Assembly: GCA_963693365.1 (NCBI GenBank)
Contig: CAVNZM010000012.1
Span: 4,206,409-4,270,408, forward strand
DNA: 64,000 bases
Origin: Amoebidium appalachense
Taxonomy: Eukaryota > Protista > Ichthyosporea
Direction of reading: 5' to 3'
Both the position numbers and the translations under genes were made by a program. Below are positions 1 to 17,725 of the stretch, piece by piece. Under the pieces are notes generated by a model. That model was not told the DNA's origin. It ran no database searches and saw nothing but the letters and a program-made list of their open reading frames with translations. Numbering within the stretch: the stretch's first letter is position 1; every line of letters begins with the position of its first letter.

Positions 1-85
1 GAAAAAAACGGGAGGGATGGGGAAAGTGTTTTGTGTCGATGGATATTTGAACGTATACCTGTAAGCGAGGGGTGGGTGGACTCTT

Positions 86-128
<43 letters not shown>

Positions 129-346
129 GTAATGAAACACGTGATGCCGAAACAGGTGAAAGGGGTCGACGAGTTTCCAGTATGCATTCGTTGTTCCTTA
201 TAAATATGTGCTTCGCATGATACTCCGCAACACACTCTAATCCCCCCCCCCCCCCTCCCCTGCCTCCCTTCCCCCACACACACACATAGACACACATATA
301 GACACCCTCTTCCCCCCTCACACACACAACACACACATACACAACA

Positions 347-385
<39 letters not shown>

Positions 386-396
386 CAAGCAGCCAG

Positions 397-4242
<3,846 letters not shown>

Positions 4243-4970
4243 AAACCTTTTTTTTTTTTTTTTTTTGTCGTGTGAGTGCATGTCAACGACAACTCAAGAG
4301 TGTTCACCGTTGGGACCCACGTTAAGATAAGATATCGCAGGACTCGCCTATAGCATGTTTTAGCATGTTGACAGAGATTAAATGTATGGGTAGTACGTCG
4401 GGATCGCTGTGTGGTAATGAATCAATAAAGGTGCGAGTTGCTTTCGTTTGCCCCACAACGGGTATTAACCTGCTGTCTGTGTGTGCACGTGTGGCTGTCA
4501 GGCCCCTGTGCATTTCTTGTGCAAATGTGGCTGTTGAAGATTTCTGCCTGTGTGTCTTGGCATTCCCCTATCTAGGACAGCTGCCATGCTGCGATTTTTG
4601 CTCTTATTGCTCGAATTCACTCCCCAATATGTACGTCAATGTGGTTTCGTGTTGGCGGGGTGGGCGTGTTGTGTTGGTGAGTCCTGTGCAACAAGAATCC
4701 CCCCCTTCTCTCTCTCGAGGCTCTCTCTCTCTCTCCCCCCCCCCCGCCCCCCGCCCCCCACCCCCCCCCCCCTCCTCTCTCTCTCTCCCCCCTCCCCTCT
4801 CTCTCCCTCCCTCCCTCCCTCTCCCTCTCCCTCTGAGACTCCCTCTCCCTCCCTCCCACTCTCTCTCTCCCCCTCTCCCTCTCTCTCCCCCCTCCCCCCC
4901 CCCCCCCTCTCTCTCTCTCTAACCTATCTCTAACCTCCCTCCCTCTCTCCCTCCCTCTCTCTCGCTACCC

Positions 4971-5001
<31 letters not shown>

Positions 5002-5106
5002 ACACACGGCAGCAGATCTGGAACACCAGGGTGTTTCTAAAAATAGAAAGCTAAAAATAGAGCCGGCCGTGACCCCCCCCCCCCCCCAACCCACCCACAC
5101 GTGCAC

Positions 5107-5161
<55 letters not shown>

Positions 5162-6722
5162 ACCACCACCACCACCACCACCACCACCACCACCACCACT
5201 ACCAAATAGGGCTGCAGCACAGCGATACACAAGCTACATTATAATTATGTGTGTGTATCCACCGACCATGTGGCCACCTTGTACACATGGGTCCGTGACA
5301 GTCTCACAGATCTACGCCGTGAATCGTTACAGTGCGTTTGGCCAATAGATGAAACGCCCATCATAGTATCCTAAGGGAGGCTATTCCTAGGCCTGCGCGG
5401 CTGGGAATGCATGCCCATCCGACGAGGAACCGTGCGGGCATAAAGCGTCGATTGGCGCATATTCTCAAACACAAGCAGTACATACTCAGTGAAGATAGAA
5501 GCAAGAAATCTAGAGTAGACCTACCAAATAAGCAGTTATCATGCCGAAGTGTACACGTGTACGTGGTTGCCAAGGTGGCGGGATCACAGCACGTGCTTGG
5601 ATATCGATGCGATAAAAAAATTGAAGCCAATGGCATCTTAGATTCTTGTCGTCATTGTTTGTGCTAGGCTTGAAAATGATTGGTAGTTGATGCACGTGTG
5701 TTGCTCACACTCAATATGCTCAGGCTGGCAGCATACGCAATGCGTGCGCCACAGTGCTCCCTTGCTGATCACACGCTGATCCCACAGCACAGAGCACTTA
5801 TTGCTTTATTCAATCCCTAGCTAGTACATAAGTATTATTTATTTTAGTGTGACTGGACTCTTTTACTTCTGCTCTTTTAATTTGCATGCAAGTCACTGCT
5901 TATCAATACGGTACTTTTTTTTTTTTGGAATTCTGAGCTTGGGCGATGCCCGGGACTGGTGCGTTTTCCGCGCAAAATTCCTGTGTGCGTTCCAGGGAGG
6001 CATGCACAGCCAATCAGGTGCGTGCTCTAGCCAGCAACCTTCTGATTGGGCAATAATGATAGCCTAAGGCTTTCTCAACCAGATATGCTCGATCGCTGGC
6101 CTCACGGCCCTCGTGCGCCTACACCAGAGTGAATGTAAAAATAGTACAATTTTGATGAATTGCTTGATTTTCCGTATTTATTGCCAGGAAAACCGGCTGT
6201 TACACCACATACTTTATTTATTTTACCTGCATGAGCGAGCATATTCAGCTTGTATGGCGTTCACATCACAGCAGCCGATTCAAAAACTGGAACGGATTTG
6301 CACAATGGTCATTGGCCAGCATTAAGAGAACTAACCAATAGTTAGGCAGTCTGGGAGATAAGCATAATTTGGGAAAATCCACAAAACTTAATCAACGCCA
6401 GAAATAAGCTTACAGGCTTTTTCAAAGGCCCTATAGTGCATATTTTCCAGGGGAAAAAAAACAAACTATAATTGAAATTTTGTAATGCTTTATGATTGTC
6501 ATTTTCGTTTTATACGCTCTAGCTACCCTAGCAACCGCTTGCTTGTTTAATGTGTTTTGCCACCCTCAGATTCCAACTATCTACAACCAGCATATAAAAA
6601 GCTCGCCGCACACGGAACGCGCATTCAGTTTTATCAACTCAAACGCTCAAGCACAAGTGTTCACGTTACGGCCTTCATCATTTTTGAGTGTTACCGTAAA
6701 CTCGTCATAATATCCTGTAAAA

Positions 6723-7439
6723 ATGGAGTTTTCAATTAGGAAAAACACATGTGAATACCATGGCGTCTTAGGCCTTCCTCTGGGCGCATTTGTTCAACGC
6801 GTAATGGTAAAAGCAGGCATGACAAAGGGGAAATTTCTCGTTGGGCTAATATACGCACACCGGACAAACGAAGCCGCTGAATCTGCCAAAGCTAATCACA
6901 ATACACCATGCAGCAACGTACACCTAGACCTCCCTGAATGCCCACACTGTATGTTTCTTACCACGTGTGTGCTCGCACAGAAATACATGGACGACGTCAC
7001 ACACACAAACAGGTGGTGGGCTCAGACAGGCGGCGTTTCACTACGCACACTCAACCGAATGGAACGTGACGTTCTCAGCATTCTCTCCTTTGACCTCAAC
7101 GTCTCACCCGAAACTTTTCAAAAGTGGATTGAGAGCTACCAAGCGATCAAAGACAACGGCTACAAACTTGTTCTTGTTGCCTTGCGCATGCAGATTTTCT
7201 CGACGAAACCCGCGATAACAGAAAACGTGGAGCCCGCGGCCGCACAGTTGCAGCCAACGAAAACTACGGACACTTGTGCGGAGGATGATTCTTGTGCTGT
7301 TGTTGAAGATGCAACGGACTTGGGTGTGCTCACTCCTCCCGCCACGCCCCTTCCTTCTCGTCCCCGTTATGAGCGGCGTGTTTCCCGCCGCGGCACCGTC
7401 CCCCAACCTTATTCTCGCTCAATCAGTGTGCCTGCTTAA
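6723..7439 (+). CDS. PHO80/Pcl (cyclin U/P)-type cyclin, single exon
   Basis: 238-aa ORF with the cyclin N-terminal signature FLVGLIYAHR...MFLTTCVLAQKYMDDVTHTNRWWAQTGGVSLRTLNRMERDVLSILSFDLNVSPETF and a C-terminal low-complexity tail with TP sites. An extra 5' exon cannot be excluded. Confidence 0.9.
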   Translation: MEFSIRKNTCEYHGVLGLPLGAFVQRVMVKAGMTKGKFLVGLIYAHRTNEAAESAKANHNTPCSNVHLDLPECPHCMFLTTCVLAQKYMDDVTHTNRWWAQTGGVSLRTLNRMERDVLSILSFDLNVSPETFQKWIESYQAIKDNGYKLVLVALRMQIFSTKPAITENVEPAAAQLQPTKTTDTCAEDDSCAVVEDATDLGVLTPPATPLPSRPRYERRVSRRGTVPQPYSRSISVPA

Positions 7440-8162
7440 AATGTTAATTCATCCTTGCCGCTGGGAAGCAGTGTGTAATGGATCATTCTAGTTATATATT
7501 AAGTTACCTCCGATGTGTTTACTTCTAGTTAGTTTAAACACATATGTAGTGATTGATTGAAGAATGAACATTGATAAGTCGTTAAAGAATCCGAATGAAT
7601 GATGTTTCTAAATGCTGCTGCGAACTTTTCTTTCTTTTTGTCCCAAAGCCTTTGGAGTGTAAAGTTATAACAAACAGTAGTAGCTGGACCATGGTTTTTT
7701 TTTTTCGCCTGCCTTAGTTTGGCAAATGTTGGCCAATATTCGGCAGGGGAGTCTTCTTTATAAGCGTCGAATAATGCTATTTAAAAACAACGTGCACCCC
7801 GACCGGTTCGGGTGCAGAAATAAGGACCGTTAATGTATAAAGCAAATACGAATCGAAAATTCAGTTTGCGCAAAGAGCGGAACCGTTTGAAATGTAGAAA
7901 AATGTGCGAGCATGTGTGCGACTGAAAGTCATACGCAGTGCCCACCCTGCCCATGCACTAGCATAGTAACACAATGTTCTACAATGAGCATTGGTCACGC
8001 GCATTACATATGCGCCCCCCCCCCCCCCCCCTCCCCCCAAACCCCCCTCCCTTCTCCGCGGCGGCGTCTGGATCTTATGGCTCCCGGATCTGACCCCCCC
8101 TCCCCCCCCTCCCCTCCCCTCCCCTCTCTCTCTCCCAGGCCTCTTCTTTTTCTTTCTTCTTT

Positions 8163-8203
<41 letters not shown>

Positions 8204-8246
8204 GTCAAGGGTGGGTGGGTGGGTGCCACTGGGGGGGTGGGGGGGG

Positions 8247-8303
<57 letters not shown>

Positions 8304-9374
8304 TTCACAGTTCAGAAAAAAAAAATTTCCAAGAAAGTATATTTACAGACTTCTGGACCATTGCATGTTCTCCCATCCTGTTTGAGAGTTACGGTCGAAC
8401 AATCAGTTGCAAACACACACTGCATAACTTCACATATATCAACCTGGTTACTCATCGATCCTACGCTCCAAAAGGTGTCCACTCATGCACAGAGACAAAA
8501 AATGTTTTCGAATATTCGTTGTGTGAGTACACCTTCACCACACGAAATCCGATTCGTTGAATAAATGTAACGAGCAAAAACACGGCAGTCCATGTTTGCT
8601 ACCCATCCAAAAAAATGGTGGTACTAGGCTGAATAAAACGTTTTAATATTTGGGGGTCCTGTGCAGGGGAGGGGGAGAGGGGAGGAGGAGGGGGGAGGGG
8701 GAGGGGGGAGGGGGGTTGGGAGGGAGGGACATGTTGGGCCCAGACTCTTGCACTAATCAAATGCTTTGAAGGCATCAAAACGACATGTGCGGTATTTAAA
8801 TTATGCTGGGTGATTCATGCCATAATATTGAATGGTGTTAACTCAATGACCCCGTGCTACTTAACAATGTTTTTATTCTGGGTTTTCGAGATGGTACGAT
8901 TAAAGACTTCAGTTATGTCACGGAAAGCTACCAAAATTCCATGGTTCTTAACCTAACCGTTGTGACACATGAACTCTTCGACCACTTTAAAGCAAATCTG
9001 CGCTACTTAAGATCTTGCTAAAAATTCATGTGGGGCTCACAGAATACATTTCTGGTTGTAAACGTATGGAACTATGAACTATGGTGAATTTGAACTTATA
9101 AAAGTATATATATGCTATTTTGAAAGCACCATCTATGTATTGCACTTTGGACCTTGTCAAAGTAATTACCACAACATAATACCTTTGACTTTGCCTAATA
9201 AGGGTAAATTTGCGACAATTCAACAACCGTTTTGAGTAAGGGTAAATTTCTGAAAATTTTGACCTCGTTATAAAAACACTATAATGCTACAGCACGAACA
9301 TCAACCCAACAGACACGAATGTCGCTTATGAAAAGATCTAATAAGAACAAAACCCAAAAGTCATGAAGGGGCTA

Positions 9375-9433
<59 letters not shown>

Positions 9434-9456
9434 AAGGACCAACATATATCCCCCCC

Positions 9457-9499
<43 letters not shown>

Positions 9500-9547
9500 A
9501 AAGAAAGAAAAAAAAAAGAAAGAAAAAACACCCCCATTGGTCATATA

Positions 9548-10255
9548 TCAGCACGTCACGACCGCCGCGTACAAATTCTCCTGCCTCTTAACAAACCTAG
9601 GATACACATCCTTAAATAAAATCATTTCTATGTGTGCCTGCGCCTCCTCCACCCATTCTACAAGCACCTCCATCCCCACAACCGAGCTAGTCTCAGACCC
9701 CGCCTCCTCCTTCCCTTTATCCCCCTTGGAACCAGGGACAAGATTTTCCACGTTACTATCCCCCCAATCACCCGCTATCATCTCCCAGAAATTTACAACA
9801 CTGCTGCCGTTTGCACCATCAACCGATTTTTGAGGGTTCTCTTTTTCCTTCCCACCTTGGGAATCAGCGATGGATATTTCTATTACATCATCCACTCCTC
9901 TCCTTTTTATCATCCCCAGATATCCAACTCGCGGCTCACTCGAGCTCCCAGACTTCGTGCATGATTCTCCTCCAATCCCACGCAACCCTCCCCTACGCCG
10001 TTTGCCCACGTGACCAAATTTGTCGACATTTGGCTTGGAAGATTGACCTGTTTGGGGGAGTTTGCTCTGACGAATTTTCGAACCAGCTCCACCGCAGAGT
10101 CGATCACTGATTGGTCACTTTCGCCCTTTTCCCGCACCAACCAGAGGAAGTCTTCCGCCGCCTTCCAGAAGAGGAGGTTTCTTCGCAGTATTCCTTGCGG
10201 ACGTGTGACTCGAAAAGATGAGCCACCTGTTTTTTTTTAAAAAAAAACGTTTTTT

Positions 10256-10286
<31 letters not shown>

Positions 10287-10331
10287 GGGGGGGGGAGAAT
10301 GGGGGTATGAGTGTGGGTGTGGGTGTGTGTG

Positions 10332-10366
<35 letters not shown>

Positions 10367-10375
10367 CGTGTGTGT

Positions 10376-10462
<87 letters not shown>

Positions 10463-10616
10463 CGCGCCCGCGCGCGCGTGTGGGTGGGTGTGGGTGTGGG
10501 TGTTCAGGAGCGAGAGTTGCCACAAGGAGAGGCAGGAAGGGGAGGACGGGAGAGTGGGGCAAGGGGAGCATTGAAAATAAAGTGTTGGCAACACAAAAAC
10601 ACCACTTCCCTTTTAG

Positions 10617-10655
<39 letters not shown>

Positions 10656-11345
10656 CCCCTCCCTCACTCCGCAGACCCAAAAGCTAATGTAGCCGCCGCC
10701 ACCACGGACGGACCCTCTCAATTCTTGACCCCATTTTGCTCCCCCCATCTCTTTGTCGTCAGTTATCGTCGATCAAAACGGTTAAAACAATGTTCGTAGT
10801 TGATATTCAGTGGCAGAAGATAAATTTATATGCAGCCCTCAGTGAGATAAAGTTATTGTTAGTAATAATCCGTGGTCCCACGAGCCTTTTAAAACATGAA
10901 ATTTTCGCGTACCTTTGGATATTTTTCGGGATTTCTCAGCAGCTGGCTGCACTTTGTTATGTCCATCGGTGCCACCGGACCGGCACCCCAAACTTCCAGC
11001 ATCTGAACAACGGCCTGAAGGGAATCCCTGTGAATTTTTTTTTTTTTTTGGGGGGGGGGGGGTCCATGGGTAAGGTTTTGAAAATTCGGTGGTCGATTTC
11101 TCAGGTGAGGCTCTTTAAAATCTGGTGACAGTACTACTTGAAGTGAGTGCTAAGTAACTGATACATTTGTCGGAAAATAGAAAATGCAAGAATAAGCGTG
11201 ATTTGGCGCCAATCAGAAATGAATGTTTGTGGTCAATGACTCACACGGGAGGGACATATCCCAAGCAATACCACAGGATTGACACCATGCATTTGACCAT
11301 GTAAAACTTTACGATAACATATAAAACTCTTTCCCCAATAAAAAG
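9548..11345 (-). CDS. Transmembrane RGS-domain protein, 3' exons (probable 7TM-RGS); two 1-nt frameshifts in the last exon
   Basis: Phase-consistent exons 11345-11245 (hydrophobic [27 protein letters not shown]), 11027-10913 and 10226-9548. RGS motifs: [29 protein letters not shown](N)[23 protein letters not shown] and [19 protein letters not shown]. Adding one base to the A-run near 10179 and one to the G-run near 9915 restores one frame. Confidence 0.8.
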
Positions 11346-11421
11346 CTGTGTGTGTGTACACGCGCGCACCCAAATATGTCTAGTAATACCTAACCATGCG
11401 ATGAAAATCTTGTGGTTTTTT

Positions 11422-11482
<61 letters not shown>

Positions 11483-11499
11483 TCTACACGAAATGCTGC

Positions 11500-11934
11500 A
11501 AAAGAATGAAACAATTAAGATGCAAACAACGGAACATCCGCGAGGAGAAATGAAAGGAGGGATGGGGAGGGGAGTTGGTGGGGGGGGGGGGGAGAGGGGG
11601 AGGGGGGAGGTGTTGGGAGAGCCGGGGCCTTTCATCCCCCCTCCCCCCTGCCCGCTCTTACTCTCCCTTTCTCTCTTCTCTCTCTCCCTCCCCCCTCCTC
11701 GTCGTCCACCCCCCCTCCACTCATGACTCCCTTAGTTCCCCGAGGCTCCCCCCCCCCCCCGCCCCCCCCTCCTCCTCCTCCTCTGTACCCCACCACTTGC
11801 GTGTGCCACCAAGCCCACTAACTCATTGAGTAGACATACCCCGAGAGGCACATCACACATATTCTCTCAAGTCTGAAACGGCATAAAAAAAATACGTCTC
11901 AGTGCGGGACACAATGGTCCCCCCCCCCCTCCCG

Positions 11935-11975
<41 letters not shown>

Positions 11976-12750
11976 TCCCCCTCAAAACCCCCCTCAACCC
12001 CAACTGTTACACTACCGTAACCGCCACCACCACCATCCACCTTGGGAGTACTTCGATTCCCGCCCGGCCACTTCTTCCCCTTCCCCTTCCCCCCCCCCTC
12101 CCCCCCCCCACCCCCCACCCCCCACCCCCCACCCCCCGCGCTCCCACCCCCTCCCAACTCTCCTCCTACCCTCCCTCCCCCTCCCCTCCCATTCCCCGGC
12201 CCAACACCACCACCACCACCACTCCCTCGTCGTCCTTCCCCATACCAACTCTTCACCTCAGTCCTCATCTTGCCTCCTCTCCTCATGCCCTCCCTTTCCC
12301 TGTCCCGTCAACATAACTAGAGCCGATGTGTGTCCGTCCGGGGAGGAAGGGGGGGGAGTGGGAAAAGGGGGGGGGGGGGGAAGGAGGGCGGAGGGGGGTT
12401 CTTAAATGTTTTCTTGGGTTTGGCTGTTAATCTAAGTTTGTTTCTCCATCTACGGCGGCCACCCGAAATCGCCCAAGATGTTGCCGATTGGCTACCTGTT
12501 TGTTCCTATTTTCTTTTTTCGGTCGATGGCATTTCAATGATTTTTCTCGAAGCCCTCCCTCTCCCCCCCTCCCCGCCACCTCCCCCCCCTCCCCTTAAAA
12601 AAAAAATAAGAAAAATGATGTTTATACTTTTATTCAATGATAGTCCTCCTAAACCTTGTCATGGAGATACCATTTGACCAATCACAAGGCTTATGTAGCT
12701 TGGAGGCAGCCCTCCCCCTGTCCCCTCTCCCCTGCCCCCCCTTCCTTCCC

Positions 12751-12781
<31 letters not shown>

Positions 12782-12972
12782 GTAATTTTTACTTGAATGT
12801 TCACTCTTCTCCCCCCCCCCCCTCCCCCCCCCCCCTCCCCGCCTCCTGCCTCCCTCCCTCCCCCCCCCCCCCCCCCCCCCCCCACACACACCCTTCCACC
12901 TTCAGCAGCTCTTCCTTGATTCTTTCATTCATGCCGCCATACTCACGGGACGTCCTTATTATGCATTGAGAT

Positions 12973-13003
<31 letters not shown>

Positions 13004-14000
13004 AGGGGGGCGCGGGGCGGGAGGGGGGGGGGGGGGGGGGAAGCAGGGGAGGTGTGTTTGGTGGGGGGGTAGAGGGTGGAGGGAGGCCGGGGGGGGGGGG
13101 AGGGGGGGGGGGGGGGGGGGGGATTCCCCTTCCCTTCCTCCCCTTACATGTAGCTCTCCACAACCGCCATCATCATTACGTCTTTCGAAACCAGAAGTAT
13201 ACCCATCTTGGCTGAATAGATTAACGGCACAGATGCACACTTGTCAAACGATTGTCAAATTCATTATCACGTCGAATCGAAAAAATGGGGGCAGGTTTGG
13301 AAAGGAAGGCATGTGTCGGGGATATCCACGAGGGGTGGAGGGAGGTGGGGGGGGGGAGGGAAGGGGGAGGAGGGGGGGGGGGGGGGAATCAAAGGCGGGT
13401 CACAAGCCGTGCCCCTCCTCCCCCCCCCCCCCCCCCCCTCTCCCCCCGCCACATCCGTCACCCCCCCCCCCCCTTCCCCTCTGCCCCCCGCCACACGCAC
13501 CGTGACACACAAAAAAGAAAGGACAAAGAAAAAGGGCAAACGAAAAAGAAACGATAGAAAGAAAGAGAGAAAGAAAAAATAGGAGGAAAAAACACACATT
13601 TCCCTTCCCCTTGTACGCTTACGACACCTACCAAACGTTTATATATTGTGTGGTGCAGGCGAATAAAATTGTGTGCTGGATAGGGTGTGAAAGGATGGTG
13701 ACATAGCTTGTGGATTATGTCCAGGTTGATATGGGGTGCGTGGGATGGTGGTGTGAGGGGAGGGCGGGCTGCTATTTGGAAATCTGGACATTAACCTAAC
13801 CCCTCCCTCCCCCCGGGGGGTAAGAAAGAAAAGAAAGAACGAAGGAAAGACGAAAAAGAAACGAATAAAAGAAGAAATCAAAGAACTGAAAAAAGGAGAC
13901 GAAACACTACTAGGTCCGACCCACCCTCCAATTAAACATATTGTGGCAGCTGAAAGAGAGTTGCTTTTTTTGCAACGTCAAGACATACTCCCAAGCTTCC
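11500..14000 (-). CDS. Tentative upstream exons of the TM-RGS gene (unresolved)
   Basis: Islands of complex sequence between homopolymers: ~13239-13148 (CICAVNLFSQDGYTSGFERRNDDGGCGELH, GTAAG donor), ~12965-12900 (NERIKEELLK) and ~11545-11490 (CSVVCILIVSFFCSI). No full in-frame model could be built. Confidence 0.3.
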
Positions 14001-15306
14001 TGCCCCTCCCCCCCCCCCCCCCCCCCCCCCCCTTCCCCCCGCCCTCCCCCCGCCATCACCACCACCAACCCCACCTCCCCCTCCTCCCCCCAAACCTCCG
14101 CCACACCCGTTTTGTTTCCGGAGGACCCCTTGGGGCCCTCATGGGGAACTACCGTCTTCCACCCAGCATTGGCAGTGCTCTAGCTAGGGTGATACGGTCC
14201 ACACCCCCCACCTCCCCTTCTCCCCCCCCCCCCCCCCCTCTCCCTTTGCTTGCCGGGGCCTACCCCACACACACGTGTGCACGACCACACATGCTACCCC
14301 TTACCACATGCACCTCCACTCCCAGTCCCCCTCCCCAAAGAGATGATTATGTCTCCTTTTCACTTGGTAGCTGCTAATTGGTGTTCGCAGGTTCTTTATG
14401 TCTTAAACAACCAGTAGAACTGGTCATTTAAAGGCCGAATAGCGGCAAGCAGTCGCCTGTTGACCCAGGCAGACCAAAAGCTGCAAATAAGTTATCTCAC
14501 TAAAGAGCTGATCTAAGCACCATTTCCTTGGCTAACTTTTCTAATTTGTAAATTGTCAAATAAAATAAAAACTTTTAAGTCTTACTACCACGGGAAGTCT
14601 TACTACCACGGACCATTGTCCTCATAAGGAGTAGTAGTGCGACCGAGCTTTTTCACATTCAAGTTTCCTATGATGGTTTTTCTTGTTTGGGTTCATGCAG
14701 CTTTAAGTAAACTTTGCATGAGGGGGGAGCCTTCGGGTCATAACCTTGGATGCAAATGCTGGTGGGGGCCTGGGGCGGCGGCCGGGGCAGGGGGGAGGGG
14801 GGGGGGGGGAGGAGGGGAAGGAGGGAGGAAGAAGGGAGGGAGGGGTATGGAAAGGAGGGGCGGCGGGGGAGGGGGGGGGGGGGGGGGGGGGGGGGCAGTC
14901 GTACGTGTAGGCTATATTATGGACTTCATGATCACATTACGGTATGGCATGCTGTTTCTCTTTGCACATTTCGGGTTACAGCACACACTAGTACTGCCCT
15001 CCCCCCCCCCCCCCCCCCCCCCCCCTCCCCCCCCCTCCCCCCCTCCCCGCTCCACACACACGTGTACACATACCTCCACCCTGCACACACCCCTCGTGCG
15101 CACTACCCCCCTCTCGTGCATCCATCAGACACCAGTGACAGCCCCAGCTTCTGCAGCTGCACAATACGTCGCTCCTCCAGATCACGAAAAATTACTCAAC
15201 CTATTGTGCACCTAGTACCTACTCTTTTAAATCGCAAAATCTACCCAACCACACCACACACCTCCTCCCTCCCCTCCCCCTTCTGATCCGGCAAGCGGCA
15301 CGCTTG

Positions 15307-15631
<325 letters not shown>

Positions 15632-16379
15632 ATGCTATTTCACAGTGTCACACGTGCACACATAGTACACACACAAACACGTACACAGACATGCACACAC
15701 ATTGTCCTTTTACCTTTGTTGTCAGGAGGACTCCTGTTTGTTTCCTTTTCGCCTCTTTGGCTGTGCACACCCGTCTTGCATGACTCATACTCGACAGTCA
15801 TTTTCGAGTATCTGTTCTAATGGTCGACCTTTTGGTTTTTTGTGGTGGTGGTGGTACCGGACATGGGTGAGATTGTGGCGGGTGGGGAGAGGGAGGGGAG
15901 GGGAGGGGGATGGAGGGAATGGTATTCGGCAGCATAGTAAGGATTTTCAGAACATGAAAAGAAGAAACAATGACAAGCAAAAATATGAAGTGCTTCTGAT
16001 GTTCTCAGTCGGGGGAGGAGAAAGAAAACCTGCATTTATTCAAATAATCATTCTCGTATTGAACATCAACATTACTAAAAAGCATACATTCATTTGCAAA
16101 TTTCGCTCGGCATGTCCATACATTTTATCTCTATGGCTGCCCTGTACATAGCATCCATCAAAACCTCCTATTCAGCCTACAGGGCACCAAAACAAAAAAA
16201 AAATTCAAAGCAAAAAATATGGGGGGGAAAAAACAGATGATCATAACAAACTCTTCGATAACCAGGAGCCTACACTCCATAATACTAATGCGCTCTGATA
16301 AGCAACACATTGAACACATACATTCAAGCTATTTTACAAATCGCCAGCATCTTCGCATAAAAAAATAAAATAAAAAACA

Positions 16380-17636
16380 TTATCGGTCTGACAAGACAGG
16401 CTGGACCATTCCCTCACTCTTTACATCCATTCTGACCCTACCCACATCTATACCCCCAGCATACGCCGAAGTGCTATCCCACGACGTCCTATAACCCCCC
16501 TGCTGAATTTTCGCAGGATAATCTGGATATTCATCCATAGACTGGGACCCCACCGGGAAATACTGCTCAGCCACCACCCGCGGCTTGTGCTCCCGTGGGG
16601 GTTCATCGACCAAATCCTCAAACGGTCGGAAAAACCGTGGCCGTCCGGTGGGAGAAGTGCGTGCCGTTTCGAGGGATTTCGCGCAATCTCTCAGCACGCT
16701 GAGGATATACGCCCGCTCAGCGACATATGCCGTTTTAAACGACGTCAAATTCACGGAAATTCCGCACATGCACAGAACGGTGCCCTCGGCGTTAAGAAGA
16801 GGAAATTTAAGGGTGAGGTAGGTGTCCACCCGTTGCTGTTCGCCGTCGGTTTGCACATAGGGAAAGGATATCTCGTCCAAAACCTCGAGAGATATTTTTT
16901 CCGCCGCAACCACGCCGTCGTTTCTCACCAGCCACCTCCCGTGTGCGTTCAAGCCGCCCGGTTGGCTGGGATCAGCAAATAATTCATCGTCGGTTCTACC
17001 AACCACCACGGCGTTTTTTCGCCCAAAAAGATCTTCAAATCTCTTGTTTACAACAATATATCTCCCCCGGTCATCCTTAACGTAGATCATGGCCGGGGAG
17101 TTTCTGATCACGTGCATGGCCTCCATCTTCGTCTGGCATATTCCATTCAGCTCCTCCTGCTCCGCCTGAGTGAGATTCGTCGAAGTGTACCTTGCATGCC
17201 AGTACTTTTGCAAAGCAACATTTGCGTCAAATGCACGTGTAATTGCCGACTGGATCGTCTTACGCCTGTGTACGGTGCGTTGGAATTCGGTTGTGTCTGT
17301 GAGAATAACTGCCAGAAGGTCGTTATTTAGAGGGACACGGAGCACCAAAAGGCTGTGTATCCCATCCTCTGCACTCACTCTGAGGTCACTCTCGCACGGT
17401 GTCCTGTTTGCTCTGGCGCGAGAATCCTGTTCGCACATCTGCGAGGCAAGGCTAGGGGCAAACGCCTGATAGTCTGTCTTGCCGACGACATCACCGAACA
17501 TAGTTTCAAAGTGCCTGTTTGCGAATATGTATATGCCGTCGGCGTTCTTTATGCAAACACCAGACTGTGAGCTGGATAAGAGCTCCCGTGCTCTTTCGAC
17601 TGGAAACTCCATTTTAGATCTAACGGTACAGAACAT
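16380..17636 (-). CDS. Intronless protein with two PAS/PAC (PAS_4-like) domains and no recognisable output domain
   Basis: 418-aa ORF. PAS1: LLSSSQSGVCIKNADGIYIFANRHFETMFGDVVGKTDYQAF...LLVLRVPL...VILTDTTE. PAS2: VIRNSPAMIYVKDDRGRYIVVNKRFEDLFGRKNAVVVGRTDDELF...YLTLKFPLLNAEGTVLCMCGISVNLT. Confidence 0.9.
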   Translation of the reverse strand: MFCTVRSKMEFPVERARELLSSSQSGVCIKNADGIYIFANRHFETMFGDVVGKTDYQAFAPSLASQMCEQDSRARANRTPCESDLRVSAEDGIHSLLVLRVPLNNDLLAVILTDTTEFQRTVHRRKTIQSAITRAFDANVALQKYWHARYTSTNLTQAEQEELNGICQTKMEAMHVIRNSPAMIYVKDDRGRYIVVNKRFEDLFGRKNAVVVGRTDDELFADPSQPGGLNAHGRWLVRNDGVVAAEKISLEVLDEISFPYVQTDGEQQRVDTYLTLKFPLLNAEGTVLCMCGISVNLTSFKTAYVAERAYILSVLRDCAKSLETARTSPTGRPRFFRPFEDLVDEPPREHKPRVVAEQYFPVGSQSMDEYPDYPAKIQQGGYRTSWDSTSAYAGGIDVGRVRMDVKSEGMVQPVLSDR

Positions 17637-17725
17637 GGAATTTGACTACCTGCAAAATTAACAAAGTCCGCAGGTCTAGTTTTGCGCTGAGCGAGAAGGC
17701 GAGAATTGTTCTATAGCAAGGCAAA

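Noticed and set aside
7793-7816. Hairpin tgcacccc-gaccggttc-gggtgca as a Helitron 3' end
   Set aside because: No CTRR terminus follows and no 5' TC boundary is identifiable.
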